Shown piece by piece: positions 48,350 to 50,228 of a stretch of DNA of 50,228 nt (its first letter is position 1; each line of letters opens with the position of its first letter). The position numbers and the translations under genes were made by a program. The stretch is from an uncultured Alphaproteobacteria bacterium. Lineage in GTDB: Bacteria; Pseudomonadota; Alphaproteobacteria; RF32; CAG-239. Below the pieces are notes generated by a model. The model had not been told where the DNA came from. It made no database searches and saw only the letters and a list, made by a program, of their open reading frames with translations. The stretch covers positions 1-50,228 of the forward strand of contig CAJOLB010000001.1 in the NCBI GenBank assembly GCA_905235385.1, in the 5' to 3' direction.

Positions 48350-49411
48350 ATGCAAGATGAAGATAAGATTTTCAGAACCTATGTCTTAAAACGTTTGCAA
48401 GAAGATGTTTCTTTTGAACACAGAGAAAATATAGATCCTTCGGATTTTCATCTTCAGTACTCTGAATCATTGGATTATCTGGCTAAAGAAACCGGCATTT
48501 CTCTTTCAGAAGTATCACCGAGATGGATAACTGAAGAATCAGATGATGAAGAATTTAATCACTACAGAGATGAAAAAGAACGTATATATTGCATTCCTGT
48601 AAGTGATATTTTAGACGCACGAGCTAAAGATATCAGAGCCATTGTCAAAAAATTGCCGAATATTGCATCTAAAATTCAAACTTTCGAACAACAAACAAAA
48701 TATCTTTATGCCCCCGCTTTTTCTTCCAAAGAAAAAAGAGCCGATGAGCTTCTTAAGGTCATACCTCTCTTTAATTCTGAAAATCAAACAGACTTAAAAA
48801 TTAAAATTTTAATCAACAAACACTTGCGCGCTTTAGGTGTTGATTTGGAACCTAAAGCTCAAAAACAGACCATAGAAGTCACAAAAGAAGATAAAAAGCA
48901 AACACAATTCTACGATTTAATCTCTCAGATTTATAAAGCTCCGAACAAACAGACTTTAACACTTATATTCACTCAGTTGTACTATCTTGCAGATGGACAA
49001 AATCCTCAAGACGTGCTTGACTTTATGAAAGGAAATTCTTATCACCTCACCCCTTCATTAAAAGGTCGAATCAAGAAAGAACTAAAAAGGGATATTGCAG
49101 AACAAATGGTTCGACTCTCTCATGCCCTCTTAAAACAAAGCAACGCACAATGGTGGCAACAAGAATTAGATGCTTATAATAAAGCCCTTTCAAGAAGTAA
49201 CCTCAAAGGGCGTATTCTTGGTCCTCAAGGAGCTTTTGCAATGGGCGGCTTATATGGTCCTGACAGCAAATTTGCCCCAAACATTAAACCATCTCCTACA
49301 ACGCAACAAACACAAGCGGTTCAGCCTTCTTCACAACAAAAACCCAACAAACCTAAAACACCTAAGATAATTGAACCCTTGTTATTTTCTGACAAAGATT
49401 TTGAATATTAA
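48350..49411 (+). CDS. Hypothetical protein with P/Q/K-rich C-terminal tail
   Basis: 353-aa ORF with AGGAG RBS and a downstream terminator. Confidence 0.8.
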   Translation: MQDEDKIFRTYVLKRLQEDVSFEHRENIDPSDFHLQYSESLDYLAKETGISLSEVSPRWITEESDDEEFNHYRDEKERIYCIPVSDILDARAKDIRAIVKKLPNIASKIQTFEQQTKYLYAPAFSSKEKRADELLKVIPLFNSENQTDLKIKILINKHLRALGVDLEPKAQKQTIEVTKEDKKQTQFYDLISQIYKAPNKQTLTLIFTQLYYLADGQNPQDVLDFMKGNSYHLTPSLKGRIKKELKRDIAEQMVRLSHALLKQSNAQWWQQELDAYNKALSRSNLKGRILGPQGAFAMGGLYGPDSKFAPNIKPSPTTQQTQAVQPSSQQKPNKPKTPKIIEPLLFSDKDFEY

Positions 49412-49439
49412 AAAAGACGGGCAAGCCCGTCTTTTTTTT
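49411..49439. terminator. Bidirectional terminator
   Basis: AAAAAGACGGGC-AA-GCCCGTCTTTTT. Confidence 0.8.
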
Positions 49440-49452
49440 CACAACACCCTGA

Positions 49453-50228
49453 TTAATGGCAGCGCGTTTCTTCAAGCGTTTGTTCTGCCGTAAATGTTAA
49501 TGTTTTGTCTTCATCTCCATTTAAAGCAATACGCCATTCATATTCTGCGCTGTTTTTTTCAGAAATTTGACCGGCAATATTTTCCTGAATAATCTTCGTA
49601 TTCGGATTAAGCGGTTGTTTAAAGACAACTTCGGCCTCTTTGGACCCGCCGTTGTGAAAATCAATCACGACATCATAAGCCCGAACCATTTTATAACGCG
49701 GACAGCTGGATAATGTAATCTCCTTCAAAACTTCTTCGGAAACTTTTCGAACATTATCGACTTTACCGTTCACAAACACATCAAACATTTTACCGATAGC
49801 CAATTCAATTTTCTCGCCTTTAGCAACGTGTCCGATTGAATTTTCACCGATAAATTGCATATTTCCTTTAGAATCATCTTCATAGAAACGAAAAACACCT
49901 TGTGGCAATGGAACACCTAAATTTGAATTTTCATCGTTTTTGATAATATAATAAACCTCAGGATGAGCTTTTTCAAATTTCGGTTTATTCTCGCCACTCA
50001 AATAAAGACGAGAATAAACCCTGCCTTCTTTATGATATTTTACCTTATTTTGTTCAATCAATGCCAACTGTTTTGTTTGTTTATCTTGAATGGTTGTTCT
50101 ATTCGGAAGAGTATATAATTGGTACGAGCTGAAGCTTTCTTGCTCCGGCATGACCTCCTCCGCACTGTTAAAAGAATCTGTCGCAAAAGTCATAGATTGT
50201 TTCATCATTATGACACCTCGCGCCATAC
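49453..50228 (-). CDS. DUF4139-type protein, 5' end probably beyond the window
   Basis: LYTLPNRTTI..KQTKQ, LGVPLPQG.FRFY, FIGENSIGH, YEW. The frame is open to the window edge. Confidence 0.75.
   Translation of the reverse strand, partial: MARGVIMMKQSMTFATDSFNSAEEVMPEQESFSSYQLYTLPNRTTIQDKQTKQLALIEQNKVKYHKEGRVYSRLYLSGENKPKFEKAHPEVYYIIKNDENSNLGVPLPQGVFRFYEDDSKGNMQFIGENSIGHVAKGEKIELAIGKMFDVFVNGKVDNVRKVSEEVLKEITLSSCPRYKMVRAYDVVIDFHNGGSKEAEVVFKQPLNPNTKIIQENIAGQISEKNSAEYEWRIALNGDEDKTLTFTAEQTLEETRCH

Overview
Chromosomal window of a low-GC, probably anaerobic or host-associated alphaproteobacterium. Evidence: gcrA, an acidic-tailed rpoZ next to rsh, the rlpA-dac-tmk-holB-tatD-MBL synteny, hydE and a GRSMVEM-type pilin. 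Most of the window is housekeeping genes (yejEF, argS, galU, spoT, rpoZ, fabI, aas, glgA, grpE, lolDE, dnaJ, tatD, holB, tmk, hemW, murG, rmuC, lepA). No rRNA, tRNA, CRISPR array, transposase or recombinase gene was seen. Main finding: a 42-bp imperfect palindrome centred on an asymmetric AA dinucleotide (hix-like architecture) occurs four times. Two copies form an inverted pair around a sigma70/CtrA-box promoter directly upstream of a pilin gene, with the promoter pointing away from the pilin. The other two are solo copies, each fused to the 3' fragment of a probable surface-protein gene. This suggests a dispersed, trans-driven invertible-promoter (phase-variation) system. Other notable items: a >527-codon HEAT-like repeat gene missing from the ORF track, with hypervariable repeat positions; an unassigned ~260-nt structured RNA/leader before a GT8-Stealth fusion gene; a rearranged FtsK-like ATPase; a tandem ACP-like orphan; and a high-GC orphan pair.
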